Numbered from the stretch's first letter, positions 27,271 to 41,469 are shown. The stretch is DNA of 64,000 nucleotides from Podarcis pityusensis (GCA_964106645.2 OZ067043.1); one strand, 5' to 3'. Notes: generated by a model not told the origin, from the sequence alone. Translations and numbers: made by a program.

Positions 27271-28465
27271 CTTTGCAATATTCAAATTGCAATTTCAAAA
27301 TTTGTTTGATTACCCTGAGCCATGTGGTGTGGTTTTTCAGCATAAAACGGATACAGTATGTGGGGATTAATTTATCAGACGTGAGCTGAGATTTTCAGAT
27401 ACTGAAAGGTAAGCATGACTGAAGGGAGTCAGACCAATTGGAAACAAACATATTACACCAGCTTTCTATATGCCTGCATGTAGCATTTGCTTCGTCTTGG
27501 ATTATTAAAGATGCTTTGCCTTCACGGATCTGATCAGATACTGTAGTTATTACACCAAAGGCAACTTTTGTGAAGCTACTGGGGAACAGAATTGCCATTG
27601 TGGGGGGATGAAGAAGTCAAGTTACTAAACCCCCCTCATAATTATTTGGGAGAAGCAGTGTACAAAGGCCCTGAAAGTTTTTAGCTTGGATGTTCAAAAA
27701 CCAGAGCCAGAATATACGCAAAGGCCCTAAACAGCGTTTTTGTAGTAAGTATAGTTTCCAACACCTAACTATTGGAATATAAAGTCAAAATCAAAACACA
27801 ACTCCATTTCAAGTTTGAGAGTCTGAAGAAATTGTTTATGTTGTGATACTGATGAAGACAGTTTCATAGTTTTCCACTTAAGTCTAAAGTGTTTTGCATT
27901 TGCATAGCATGGCAAAAGAGAATTAAGCTAGAATTTGCCAGTTGGAACTAGTTTGCCAAATGAAATTATCCTCCCTCCTCATGCACTGTTCTGGGGGTTC
28001 TCCCATCCACCCCAAGCCAATTTTGGAGATGCTGTGTGGAAAGCCCTGTTGCCCAAGCAGAAGCCCTTGCATAGGGCTTCTGCTAAAAGAATCCTACCCT
28101 CTGTGTTTAACTAGGGACAGCTCACTCAGGCAGCACCAAAACATTTTGGCCACCAGGAAGGCTATTACATTAGTTTAACCCTGAGCACCTTAGATTTGGT
28201 AGCAGTTTATTATAATGGGATTGCAACCCTCTGGCTGCAAAGCAAAATGACCTTGATAATCAAGACTGTACCTTCATGTTTGTACATCACTATAAGACTA
28301 TGGCTACTGGAGAAACCACTCATTCATTTTGGGCATGTGCCTAGACATAAACAGACAGTATCTTGATACATGGTCTGCATTAGAGAATGCATTTAGTGCA
28401 TTTAATGCAAACTTGAGTGCTAAATTGAAAACATATCAACTACAGCCACCAAGAAAAGGCTAGAC

Positions 28466-29303
28466 CAGGGGCTCTCAAACTTTCCACCCCCAGGGCCTGC
28501 TTCAGATAGCTGAAAATTACTGAGGTCCACCAGTTACAAAATGGTGGGGCAGGGGCAGAGCCCATCTCAAAATGGTGGCAGATAGAGGCAGTTTGGCATA
28601 ATCAGGTGGCAATTACTGACATCATTTTCTACAAATATATCATCCATCTTTGGAAATTGCTAAATTATTTGTCACAGCATTTTCACTGCAGTGAGGTGTT
28701 TCATAGCTCAGGTTTCCTCAAGCTAAGCACAGACATTTGCTCTGGAGGTATTGTGACAGTCTCCTCGTTTTAGGTAGAATTTGCTGATCCAGAGGCTCTA
28801 CATGAAGAAGACTTACTCTTTTATATTTCCCCACATCTCACCTCCACATGCCTCTATTTTTAGTCATGTCCTGTAATTTCTTCTCCAATTCTGCTTTCAC
28901 ACTCAACTGGACCTTAACCCCACCCCTAACCTCCGCATGCCAACTTCTTCCTGGTCCTCTTTCATTCATCCCTCCTATAACAGCTCTCTTCTTTTATCCC
29001 TTTCCTTTCTATTCCCATTTTATTTATTATTAATATTCATTAACAACAGCATTTTATCTTAGTTTCTCATTTCCTTCAACACCTCCCTCTGGCTCTTTAT
29101 CCTCAGAGGAGGGAGACATTCATTCCCTCCTCCCTCACTGTACTTCTGCTTCTCAATCACTTGTACTCAGCATGGGTGCTGGCACTGGTCCAACCAAAAT
29201 GCAGTGGCATGGCTAGGGGGTAGGGCAGGCATGTGAGGAGGCCTTGGACAGGCTGTGGCACTGAGGCCACTAGTGGATCCTAGTCAGTGGTTTGGGAAGC
29301 CAT
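28466..29303. mobile_element. Degraded ~0.8-kb non-autonomous hAT element
   Basis: Left end CAGGGGCTCTCAAACT and degenerate right end TGGTTTGGGAAGCCATT. Flanks resemble NNCTAGAC / GTCTGTAC. Confidence 0.45.
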
Positions 29304-32300
29304 TAGTCTGTACCAATCTGTACCAAAAGGAGAACATTGGTGCCAATTGCCAATCCTCAAAAAGAACAATAGGTATTAACTCACTGCACTGAATAATACT
29401 GTCAGCTTTACTATAGTGTTTAAAATAATGAACTGGATGCAAATTGCAATGAGCTTTTGTGCAGCACAATACAGCACATTTTAGCTATACTTTTTAACTA
29501 GCTACCAAATTCTCTCTAATGCAACAAGACTTATGTAAGCAAACTGCCGTTGCAGTGGCCACTCATTCTTCTCTGGCTTTGGGTAATAAAATGACGGATG
29601 AAATCACTATAAAACCAGCACACTATATACAACCTCTCCATGCCAAGGGAATCCTCTCTTGCAAAAAAAAAAAAACTGCAGCAAAGAGAGGGTTATTTTA
29701 TGCCATGAAGCCATTTTGCTCCAACACAGTAATTTTTTCAAGTAGAAGGGTAAGAATATTAAGTGGATTAACACCAGATAGAAAGTATACAAACCTTATA
29801 TTACAAATAGAGGCCTGAGGCCAAGTTGTTGCAGAAAAACAAATGCTTTTGTTTTCATGTAGCAGACCCCTTTTAAAGATAGGTTTCAGAGGATGTGTTG
29901 CCCTTTTAATAGATTTCTTAATCAGTGGTGCTAGTGAAAATGTTCATGGACAAGGATCAGTGAGCACATTTCTATTGGGACAGAATGCTCACTCTTTGTA
30001 AAGCTTTAGAATCCCATCTCGGCAGTAGCAGTTTACAGTATATTGAACAGGGCATCCGCACATCCCAAAGGAAAGAAAGGTCTACAGCCTCTGCCAAAGT
30101 CTCTGCAAGAAGACCCCAAGCCTTTTAAATTTAAAGGTTGGTTACCTCAGTCACTGGTACATGAACAGAGACAAGGGACATACATAAGAGACCCTTTCAC
30201 ACATAACCCCAATGTGTGGAAGGAAAAGGAAGACTGTGCCTGCTGCCCCCGTTATTTAAGTGGATCCTGGCACCAACTCACATGCTGCTCAGAACATAGG
30301 CAAGGGAGCTGTGTGCATGCAGAATTTCTATATCAGCAGGAACTCAGCTGCACATGTATAGGATTCCTTGCCATAATTCCATTTAGCATGACCCCCTCCG
30401 CCCTCCATGCTTTGAGTATACCTGTAGACTTGTGAATAGCCCTTTGCTCACTTCTAATTTTAGAATTAAAGGAAAAGCAAACCCTAGGAATTCACGTCTT
30501 TGAAGTGAGATCGGAAATGACGAAACAAAAACTTGACGAGCGACACCGGGAAGTTCTAACTGCCACCAGTCTAAGTGACACTGAACAACAGAATATAGAG
30601 TGTTATGGTCCACACAAGCAGGAGAGGGACAACCCATTTCTAATGGTAGTACTCAGTAGGAGAAGCAAGTCTCATTTGATGGGCCACACATAAACATGTA
30701 GCCTAAAGGCTATGTTACTGGGAGTGGCACAGTTCCAAAGGCCTCAGATCAGTTCCTTCCACTAGGCAATTGTTATTTCTACTATGTAAAAAGAACCACT
30801 TTCAGCAAGGCTGAATGCTATGCAGTATTTCCTGGAATGTTCATTGCTCCTGTATCAGAGAATTATGACTATGAACACAATGGACCCTTCCTCCACTTAC
30901 ATTGTCCATTAATAAAAATATGTATCACAAAATGCCTTTAAAAGCAGATGACAAATTTAAGCGCACAGCTACACATTTGCAATATTTATCCAATTTAAGC
31001 GAGTAAATTTCGGTAAGTTGAAAAGATCGCTGCAGGCAGGCAAGCAAGGAGGGAGGGTTTCTTTATACGAACAGGACCAATTACTGAGCCTCTTCAGAAA
31101 GGGGCATAATATGCTGAGGTCGGAAATCCAATCCAAAGAACAGCCTGATAGTTTCTTTTGAAACTTAAACTAATTTGAAAATGATTCCTTAACTTGAACT
31201 TGTTACAGAATAAGGAGAGAAAGGATCTGCTTGGACTGCAGCTCCAGCAAATTTCCTTCGTATAACCTGTATTCTACAGTCACATAGTCAGATCAGGTCA
31301 TTTTATAGGAAAATTGAATGACTTCCAGTAATGTGCTCCAATAATGGCATACACTTTCTGTGGACACACACGAGACTCCTATTTCACTTCTCCTTTAGCC
31401 AGCGCAAGCAACAAACCTTAATCCGTGACTTAGCATTACATCCAAACCAGGAATCATTGTTTGTTCCACTCCAAATGAACCAAGATGTTATGCCAATATT
31501 TGTTCTTGGCTTACCAATCATGGTTCATTGGAAGCAAACAAATCTTGATCCCCAGGTAGGACATAATGCGAAGGCAATGATTGTAGTTAGTTGCTCCCAC
31601 TTGATGTAAGGGAGAATTGAAGCAGGAGCAATGTCCGCATTCACAGTGAACCATTGGCTGTAGTTTACTGTAACACATGAACTGGGCCAGCAAGAACGAA
31701 AGGTTGCTGATAAATTCATATTTTAAAATAAACAAATAATCAGAACAGCATTATGGAGTGCCGGGGGGGGGGGCAACGGCGACTGACAGAAGCAAATTAT
31801 ATATGGCAGCTCTGATCTGTTTTAGTTTAACTGATTTGCCAGAAAGTACATTTTTCTGCGTCAACCAAATTACAGAAAAAGCAATTTTGCCAAACAAGGA
31901 AGATCGATGAACATAAATACACTGGTCTTCTTTAAAACCCACATTGAAATAAGTGACTCCCACCTTGCAGTCTTTTCTGCATAGATTACTAGGTGCTTGG
32001 CCTGTATTGTATTGCTTGTGTAGAAGATCCTATAAAATTTTTTTATATAAGCTGTTCCATTAACATATAGGTCAACGCAACACTTTTGAAAAGTCTGTGG
32101 TATCAGATGAGACTTCATGTATGAGGTTCATGTATAGCACTACATATTTGTTTCTATGTTGTCTGCTACAAATATGAAAGATATACCCGGCTAAATACTT
32201 ATACTGTTTGGCCTGGCATGGATTTTGTTTTGTTTTTTAAGTTCTCAACCAGGGAAAAGAAGTTTTAAAAGTGAATGGTGTATTTATTGCTTCATCTTAG

Positions 32301-34420
32301 AAAAATAACCTATTTCCAAAATGCATTCTTTAAGAGTTGTTATTTATATTGTTATCTTTACTTGTTGTAAAAATAATTTGCTTTATAACGTTAAAAAAAA
32401 GTGGAAACTGCAACAAGATGTTGCGGTGTCCCCTCCCTCCTAATACAAGTTCTCTGTTCAGAGGTCCAGCCAGCCATTTCATCCAAACAGGGCATGCCCC
32501 TTTCTCTCTCCTCCTGCTTTTTTTCTTTGAAAAATTCCTTGGCTGCTGAATATGATCAGTCCTCACTGGACTGTTTCTGTGGTTTCTTCACCACTTTAGG
32601 CTCATTTAAGATTTTTTAAAATGCTTCTGCAAAACTGGGTGGGGCAAGGGGGTATAACAGTCTTCTCTCTGAGGACCTGTGGGGTTATCAGAACTAAGCG
32701 GTAGCTTACAGCTTGTAGCTGTATTTCAATCCACATTCTTACTTCATGCTTCCATTCCAGGTGTGGAAGCAAATGTGTGGTTTATTTTATTTTATTTTAG
32801 CACCCTTTAATGAGCTGTAAAAACTTGGAACGTTTCTGGTAGTTTTCTGAAAAGCAAGTCAGTCTGCAGCAGCACCTCTGAATGTTTTCATGTTTTTGCC
32901 ATGGGCTGTCACTGCTGTTTTGTTCTGCATCACATTTTTGAAACACTGTACTAAAATATTCCACAAGCTGCCACAAGGTTTAACCAAAGATGAACTCCTG
33001 ATAATTTAAAAATCACTTATTCTCTACTCCTTATATGAGGAAGTATTGCTGAAAAAACCTTGCTATTCTCCTTCCTCTTGCCCCAGACTACAAGACTCCT
33101 TAAAGCAATCTGATGAAAATGGTGCTTTAATTACTACAGCAAGGCTTTTTCAATGACTTGAAGATGCCACCTTCAGGACTTCATGTTGCTACAAATTACT
33201 GTTGAAGGCTGGAGAAGATGGGGGTGGGAGCAGAACTAGGATGCAGTCTTCCACCTTTGTCAGAAATTCTCAGTCAAGGTTGCCCACGAAAGAAGGCAAG
33301 GGATTGAGGAAACTGGTATAAAAGGCATCTTTTCCCAGGGCAAGTAGGGCTCTAGCTCATGTACATGCAAGAATCAAGATCCAGAAAGTGATTTTTCATG
33401 AATGAAATCAAGCCAGGAAATTATCAGATATATGGGCCCTTTATACTGATGGTTTAAGGTTGCTTGAAAAGTGCTTTGTGTCCCACCCTCTTCTCCTCCC
33501 TTTCTCCTCTTTTTTTACAGACGGTATTTTTCCCCCTGAGTATTTAAAATGTTTAAAAATGCAATATAAAAACTATACAAAAGGAAAGAAAAAAAGAGCC
33601 AAATAGACCTAAGTAGAAAAAAGGCAGCAGATAAAACTACAAGGAATCCATTGTACTGGATCTTTTTTAAGCCCTGCTCTTGCTGCATTTTGCCCTGTAG
33701 TCTCTTTTTGCCTAACCCCACCAAAGCTTGTAAACTCTCTGAACACAGAGCCCATTTCTGTTGTGCGCAGCACATAACAAAATATAGAGGTGCTTCCTTC
33801 CTCAACAAGCCTTTTAAGTGGAGATCTTTATCCTGGTCTGAATCTGTACTGGATTTAAAGCTATTTTCATATATGATTTTTTTTTTTTAGTGTGTTAAAT
33901 CATTTTGAGATACTTTATGGTTAGTAATTCATGAACAGAATCAAACAAACAAATATCTAAATAAGTGAAGGAAGGCAAAACTGGGGTCAGATAAAATGTA
34001 TGGTATGAGCAGCAGTGAAAGTGGAGTTGTAGTAAAGGGGGAGGGGTAGCCAGTCCATTAAATTAAGCATGGGGAGGGGTGATCCAATATCATGAAAGCT
34101 GGCTTTCTCTTCTCCCTCGTACAGCTCTAAACTCCACACCCTCAAATTTACTCCAGGGAGTTCCCCAACCCTGGCCATTCCGCTGGCAGATAAATGCTGA
34201 TGGATATCCCCATCTAATCAGGGACTGCAGAATAGCAAATTGCTGCCTCTTATCTGGATTTCTGGTCTTAAAGGGAAGCCTTAAGATAGCTGCATATCTC
34301 AACTATGGGGTTGAGAAATACAAGGTTCCTCAATGGTAAGTCCCAAATGGGCCCAACTTTTTGTACTGCTCTCTCACTTGTTTGAATTGACTCACACCCT
34401 TTAGCAGTTCAGTATGGTAC

Positions 34421-34487
34421 CTGAAATCCTCTGCTGTTCCTGAGAAAAGTCAATGCCTTCACCAATGGAGCTCATTATTTTTTCAAT
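34421..34487 (-). CDS. ANKS1A: ANKS1A coding exon ([22 protein letters not shown])
   Basis: Acceptor ttatgtttttcag|ATT and donor CAG|gtacca. 67 nt, phase 0-1. Near-identical to human [17 protein letters not shown]. Confidence 0.95.
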
Positions 34488-36975
34488 CTGAAAAACATAA
34501 GAAATTATTAGTGATAATTGAGCAACACCTGACTAGAGAGCTTCTTAATCCTATAATTGTATAAAGCTACACGTCCAAGAGATTTGTATTGTTGTCTGGA
34601 AATAATAAATTCATGGTAAATATAAGAGAGAGAAATCTATAGAAGCATCTTACCAAGCTGATAACTAGCAAGAAAGTGATAACATTTGTTCATACTATAG
34701 AATAATCTATTCCTCTGATCTCACCTTAAAATACAGAAACTCCCCACTACCAATAAAGAATATGCCACTCCAGCTAAGAAGAGAACCTTCAAGGCAAATA
34801 ACCCAATACCAAGTTGCTTCTACTGAAAGCCTGCAAAGACATTAGGATGAGCTGGAAACCATGAACAGATAGCAGCAGTATTTTAAAGTACATTTCAACC
34901 AGGAAGAGAGAAGCCAGTCAATCTAACTGAACTACAGGTTCATGTAGATGCTCCCAAGCATTTATATCTCAAAAAAAGGAATCCATTGTTGCAGTCAATG
35001 CCACATTCTGGATATTATTATTTTTTAAAAAACAACCTCTACATCTTTTTAAAAGTACTTTGACAAGTGGTCTTATGTACCAACATCTAAGCAGATCTTC
35101 AACCTACAGAGCTTGATGCCCAGGCACTTCTTGTGCAATCCTGGAGAAAGAAGGAGGAGGAGGAGCTTCTTTGGGTTTGTTTGTATGCTCAAAGACCTAG
35201 GAATACTGTCTAGGAATAGACATGGGTGGCAAATGGTGTTGATGGGTTTATGCCCAATTCCTGCAAGACAATGATATCTAATACTCCATTTAGTTCTGCA
35301 CTGTTCAACCCACAAACCTTGACATATCAAGTTACTGCACATCTCATTTAAGTTATCAAGTTTAAGATGCGCTTTTACAGCAGTGGAAATAGACTTCTGA
35401 GGTATTTCTTCATAAGATCTGCTATCTTATGCTACCATAATAAAATCAACTTATTATGAAAGAGAAGACTGAATCTCAAGATGACATCCCTGACAAATTA
35501 CCAAATTAATGTAGAACTGCTTCTTATGAGCAAATGCCTAAGGACATTTAACAGACACAATCATTTATTTTCCCTGTTCATCTCACTTCTCCTGCATCAA
35601 CTTTTAGATTGTAAACTTTGGGGGGAGGAAAGTACCATGCACATTAATTGCACTACAACAAGTAAACAACAACAAAAGTAGCAATAGGTTAGATTTACTC
35701 CTGTTGAGACACCACTGCTTTGTTTTAGCAATTTTTTCAAAAGCAATGAAAGGCCACTCCTCTCATTTTTTTTGGGTCCTCTATGGGCTACCTCTAAAAA
35801 ATTGACATTAAATTCACATCCCCTCAGTATGATTTTATAGAAGTAAGCTTGTAGCATAATGTCTAAATGTCAAAGACCTCCAGCAGGAAAAAGCATTTTT
35901 ATCCAATAACCATATGAGTTACAACATGTTTGATATAGCACATTGACTTTTATATGACTCTACAAATAGCACCAGAACAGACTCAAATGTTTTCAAAACC
36001 CAGCAAAGGAAAAACACAAACACCAAGAAAGCAGAAAATAACTGCACACTAAGCAACCCCAGCAGTCAGCCTGCTTCCCAGATTAGGCAAAGTTTTGCAG
36101 GTTTCTTACATTGGAGAAAGATTGAACTTCGACGACATCAGGCACCTGCTGCTGAAACTGCTGGGAAAGAGCAAAACATGCATTTCAATCCATTAAGTTA
36201 AGCACAATTTTGTCTAGGAGAATGGATTATGCAAGGTCTCTTCTTAAGACTGTTTGATTCAGAACAGCACAAGTTCAGGCCAGAATTTAATAAAGGGCCA
36301 TGTCCCCCCCCCCTTTTTTTTTTGTACCATGAGTTGCCTCCTGGTCTTAAGCACTGCAGGTAAAGTTTTAAACTATTCTACAACTTCTATGGTTGACTGT
36401 GCAATTTAACATTAAAATGAGGTAGATACTCAAAAGCAGATGTGGAAATAGGGTTCCCAATGTTTTTAGTGCATCAAACTATTTTCAGATTTCCTGTTTC
36501 TCATACTGCTAAGAAGCAGGTACTTTACAGATAGGTACTTTATGTTACTTTATGTATTTCTTGTGGGGCAACATCCTGAAAGGAGCTTTCTTAGATTGCA
36601 GTCATGGGGACCATGGGGATGCAAGAATAAAAGAAACACAAAGACAAGCATTTTTAAGTCCAATATGCACAAAACAGTCCAACCCAATAAAAAAAATTCC
36701 TGAGTACATAAGATGACCCAATAGAAACATGGATTCTGATCAGTTATTTCAGCTGAATGACGTCTTTTTATTCCTGACAAATGCCAATATGTATAAGAGT
36801 GCAGAGAACTTTTTTGAAGTCTAAAAGTATGCTTCTCCCAAAAGCATATACTGCAGCTTAGATAGCAAGACACATGAGCGGTGTCCTACTCATGAAATGG
36901 GACTATCTTGCTCTCTCTTCCTGATTGCAGCTCAGTGCTTTATGAAAAGCCTACCTTGTGAGATATTGTGTAGAG

Positions 36976-37111
36976 CAGGCATGGCCAAACTTGGCCCTCC
37001 AGATGTTTTGGAACTACAACTCCCATCATCCTTGGCTAACAGGACCAGTGGTCAGGGATGATGGGAATTGTAGTCCCAAAACATCTGGAGGGCCACGTTT
37101 GGCCATGCCTG
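36976..37111. mobile_element. Fold-back hAT MITE
   Basis: TIRs CAGGCATGGCCAAAC / GTTTGGCCATGCCTG. Perfect 8-bp TSD GTGTAGAG. Palindromic over nearly its whole length. Confidence 0.95.
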
Positions 37112-39529
37112 GTGTAGAGGCTCAGAGGACAATCTTTCTACCCCCTTACATGAGTTGAAGTGACATTTCAGTCATGCTAGAGACCCTTGGATCCAAATCA
37201 CATGTTCAACTGCATTCAGATGATACACCATTCATTTTCTCCTTCCCCACATACACACACTTGCTTACATCACAAAAAAACCCTACGTGAGAACTTTGGG
37301 GTTGCTTTTTTTTAAAAGGAAAACACCCTCAGATTTCTTATGCACCAAAGTTATATAAGAGTAGCATGGGATGACTTAATATCTGAAGGGCCTTGTGAAA
37401 CCCACAAGCTTATAATCAAGTTAAATAGTAACCACTAGGCAAATTCAAGTACCTATTCTCTGTGGCCCACCTGGCAACAATTCCCTATACTTATTACTGT
37501 ATTTATTACATTCATAATTTTCAAAGGGCACCTCAAGTTTACCCTTGAAGAACAGCTGCAATCTAGAAGGTCAGAGATTTACAGATGCTTTGAAGCCTTC
37601 ACTAGCTCAATGCTTTGTTATCCAAAAATGTTGGCGGTAGATTTTTGGGTGGGGTGGGGAGAAATAGAGGAGTCCAAGTAAACAGTCCATTTTGGTAACA
37701 GTAACTAGCTCTGCTCTTCTATCGCTCCACCGACAAATCCTATTATGCACACCCAACATGCAAGTGCCTCAGCATTTAAGCCTAACAGAGTCCCTCCATT
37801 TAGAACAGCTGTGCCCCTCCCTTAGTGGAAATGTGGACATTTGCCAAAAGGCTTCATTTAGCATGCACTAACAAAAGCAGCTTGACATACTCTGTGCTGG
37901 AAAACAAACAGAACTTCCATGTCTGTTAATATCTTTTGCCTCTTCAATCCCAGCTGATGCATAAAACACTTAAACATAAAATTCTTCTGTAAAAAGGTAA
38001 ATGCCCTGAGGGATGCTTCAAGGCTGCCCACCTTGCTTTTCCCAGTCTCTGCTAATTTGTTTCAAGAGTGTTTTTAAGGATAAAAAATAGCTCAATGAAC
38101 TTCAATGAAGGGAACGCGTAGAACTCCCTTTTGTGCCAAGTTACTTCAGTTTTGATGAAATAATTAAAAATGCATCACAAACGGCACTAGTTCTGCCTTA
38201 GTGCTGCAGGGCCGTCAGTATCAAACTGACAAACAGGGAACGAAAGGCGTGTGCACCCCTCCCATTTAGATACTTCTCACGAAATCCCATTGAAACAGTT
38301 TCCCCATGTAGAACCCCCTATAACCCCTGAATTTAAAAAGTCAAAGGGCATTTTGGCATGAGAGCTGCTTTAGGCAAAGCTGCTTCCTGGTATGCCCATG
38401 CTATTTTTGTCTGCATTTTGCTTTAAGCAGTTCTCAAGTCAACTTCAGAAATTGCTGTTTAATTTTTGGGTGATGTCTCTGAAGCCCTGGCTTCTGATCA
38501 CTAACAATCCTATGAACTGCTTCTGAGGTTAATCTAGCTATCCCTTTGAACCTACTGCCATCCCCATAAGGCCAAGAACACTGGTATTTCTTTTTTTCTT
38601 TCTTTTTTTAAGTGCTTGGGTTACAGATTTCTGTGCCAAGCATAAAATTCCATGCTTGTGCACAGCCATTCATATAAAAACAGTACAGCAGGGAGACACA
38701 GCTCAGTGCATGTTGTGGTTTACATATGGTACGTGTAGTAACTATCTGTAGATAGGCTGAAAATTAATTCAAAATAAAAGGTCTCTCTGTGATCAATGTT
38801 TTTAAGTGCTACAGAAAAGGAGCAACATACAGTTTGCTGCCTCGACAATTTCTTGCAAAAAAGACAAATCATTCCCATTGCAACGTAACAAGCATCTAAC
38901 TGTGCCAACATTATAAATCCAAGATAGTATAAAAAGTATAAAATAGTATAGTAGTATAGTATAAGACAGTATAAAAAGGAAATGGTGATGCTGTTGCAAG
39001 TCAACCTGGTTTAACAGCTTCCAAAACTGTGGGAGGTGAACTGCTACCAGGGAATTTAATGTGTGGGCAATCCATGGTGCAAAAATTTACACAGAATCTA
39101 GTAAGCACTCTATCTTTGAAAAAAGCAAGATTTCTCATTCTAATGATTGCAGGAATATATTTGGAAGCATTTGTCAAGTTGCCAGTCTTCATGCAATAGA
39201 GTCAGCACAGATCAAAGCTTTCACATGCTTCTCCCATCTTTTCCAGGGGAGTGCTGTTTCTCTCTTTCTGTTTTGTGTTTTCAAGCACAAAAATGTTGTT
39301 GAAGGTAAATTCTAACCACTTCTATAACTGCTTTTGTCAGTGCACTCGATCATGCATCAAGGTGAATGCCACCACCAAACCAACCCCTCAGCATGTTTAT
39401 CCTGGCAAGTGCCACTTAGTTCCATGAAACTTTTGTACAAAGCATGCATGAATGCATGCACAGGATTGCTGCACATTCATGTGCTTTGCTCACTTTTCAA
39501 GCAATTTGGTATTCTTAGGATTTCACACA

Positions 39530-39675
39530 ATCATACAGTGTAGAGTTAGAAGGGACTGTGAGGGTCATCTAGTTCAACGCCCTGCAATATAGGAATCTCA
39601 GCTAGAACCTCGGCTTAAAAATCTCCAAGGAAGGATAGTCCACCACTTCTTATGGAAGTTGGTTTCATTGTAAAC
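39530..39675 (-). mobile_element. CR1 LINE 3' end
   Basis: agagttagaagggac...ggtcatctagttcaac...ccctgca is the antisense CR1 terminal motif. Confidence 0.75.
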
Positions 39676-40809
39676 AAGTGATAGCCTGGAGTGGAGAATT
39701 TCTCCAAAGGCCTAGTCAGATTATTATCAGCCATGATTGGACATATTTTTTAAAGACACTCTGAAATAATTTTTGGTCAGCAGCACCGAAGAGCAGCTCA
39801 GGTTTGTGGGTTTCATCCTATCACCAGGCAAGTTTGAAGGAGAGTTAAAGCTTCTTGTTTAAAGCTAGAAGCTAATATACATCCAAAAAAGGCCTATTAC
39901 TATGTTAACTGCTAATACTTTGGGAAACACAAGCTACAGGCTTTTTCCTTCTCAACTTTATCCAGTATTTAACTTTTCTTCAGCAAACCAGTGGAGGATC
40001 AGTTGTTGGACAAAGTGGGGCATACCCTCCTAATATTCTGAGTCTCCCCCCCCCCCCCATGTCCCAAATCTGCAAAGCCATAGTTCAGCCTTTCTACGGT
40101 CACCCACAGTCATTATTAATGCATTTACCACTGAATGAGATGCTTACTAGATTCTTCTGCTCATCTTCTCTCCTTAGCCAATCAAAATAATCACTACCAG
40201 CATGTCTCTAGTATCTTTCTCCCACAGAAATTGCTTTGGTGCGGCAAAAGATTCTTTTGCTCATTTTCCTCCCCATTTTTCTCGGAAGTCATGGGGGGAG
40301 CTAAGATTTAGAATAAGTAGTGGGGGGTGTCACTGGTTGCGCTGTTAATCAGCCCATCCTAAGCCAATTAGCACCATGCATTCTTCCTGTAGGTGTTCAC
40401 AAGCCAATCAGAACCATGCTTTTTCCTGTGCTGCCATCTGCAGCATGTGCCAGAATGATAGATACTCACAGTGGGACCCTTGTTTACTTATCTTTTGTGT
40501 AAACATGGAAGGGCGAAAATATTAACCTGAAGTATATTTTTAATAATATTTAAATTGCATAATGTGTTCTGATTTTCATTTAGGGTTTTAACTAAATTAA
40601 AGGGGTGATATAACGACAATTAATAAATTAACACCAGTTACCCAGGAACAAGCACTATTGAATTCATTAGGACTTATTTCAGAGTAGACAGGTAGCTAAC
40701 AGAATTAGATTGTTCATGTTGCTGCTCTTCTATAACCAGCTTATCTTATTGAATCAATTAAAGCAAGTGAGCTTGGTTTCTTTTCATGTCATTCATGATT
40801 CTTCTCTTC

Positions 40810-40905
40810 CACATTTTATCCTCACAACCCAGTGAATAGCCCAAGGTCACCAGGGCATTTCATAATTGAGTAGTGGTTTTAACCCTGGTTTCCTGCACCC
40901 TAGTC
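40810..40905 (-). mobile_element. Core-SINE (MIR-like) fragment
   Basis: cattttatcctcacaac...gcccaaggtcacc...cttcataattgag. Homologous to 47315-47490. Confidence 0.65.
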
Positions 40906-41469
40906 CATTTAATATTTCTCTGCATTCTGGAAAGAAGGCAAAGTAGTAGGTAAGTTGGAGAGGGGAGGACAATCTTTTTCCATAAGGTTGGAAGGTTAGG
41001 GGGACCTTATTAACAAGGTTATTTGGCAACTGAGTAACCAATTCACGTTAAAATCCTAGCTGGAAGCCATCCCAACTGAATTTAGTAAGACTTGCTTCCG
41101 AGTTATGTATGGTTGTTGTGACATTAACTCACACTATGAATTTTGACAGCAGGACCCTTCGTTAAATATGGTTAGACACTTTTCAGTTTACTTAGGCACC
41201 AAGTACTCCTATAACTGCAATGCATTTGTTTCAACACCTCTGCAAGCGAGGAGGGTGAGAAGAAAATCCGAACTTTGCCCTGTCAATGCAACCTCCTTGG
41301 TCCCACCCATGTGACCTTATTGGCCCCACCTACATGACCCCTTGGCCACAGGTAACCCTATCAGGTCCAGGAACTACCAAATGTCACTGCAGCAAACCTT
41401 GTGTTTTAAAAAATATTGTATACAACTTCAGACCTCCTTCATCCCTTTCAGAACATTAGACAAGCTTAC

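Noticed and set aside
26842-27309. 155-aa plus-strand ORF antisense to ANKS1A
   Set aside because: GTG start, no recognisable domain or splice structure. Explained by locally higher GC in the putative promoter/leader block.
35085-35170. Strong minus-strand acceptor (ctccttctttctccag|)
   Set aside because: The phase-0 frame hits TGA after 13 codons and no good donor follows.
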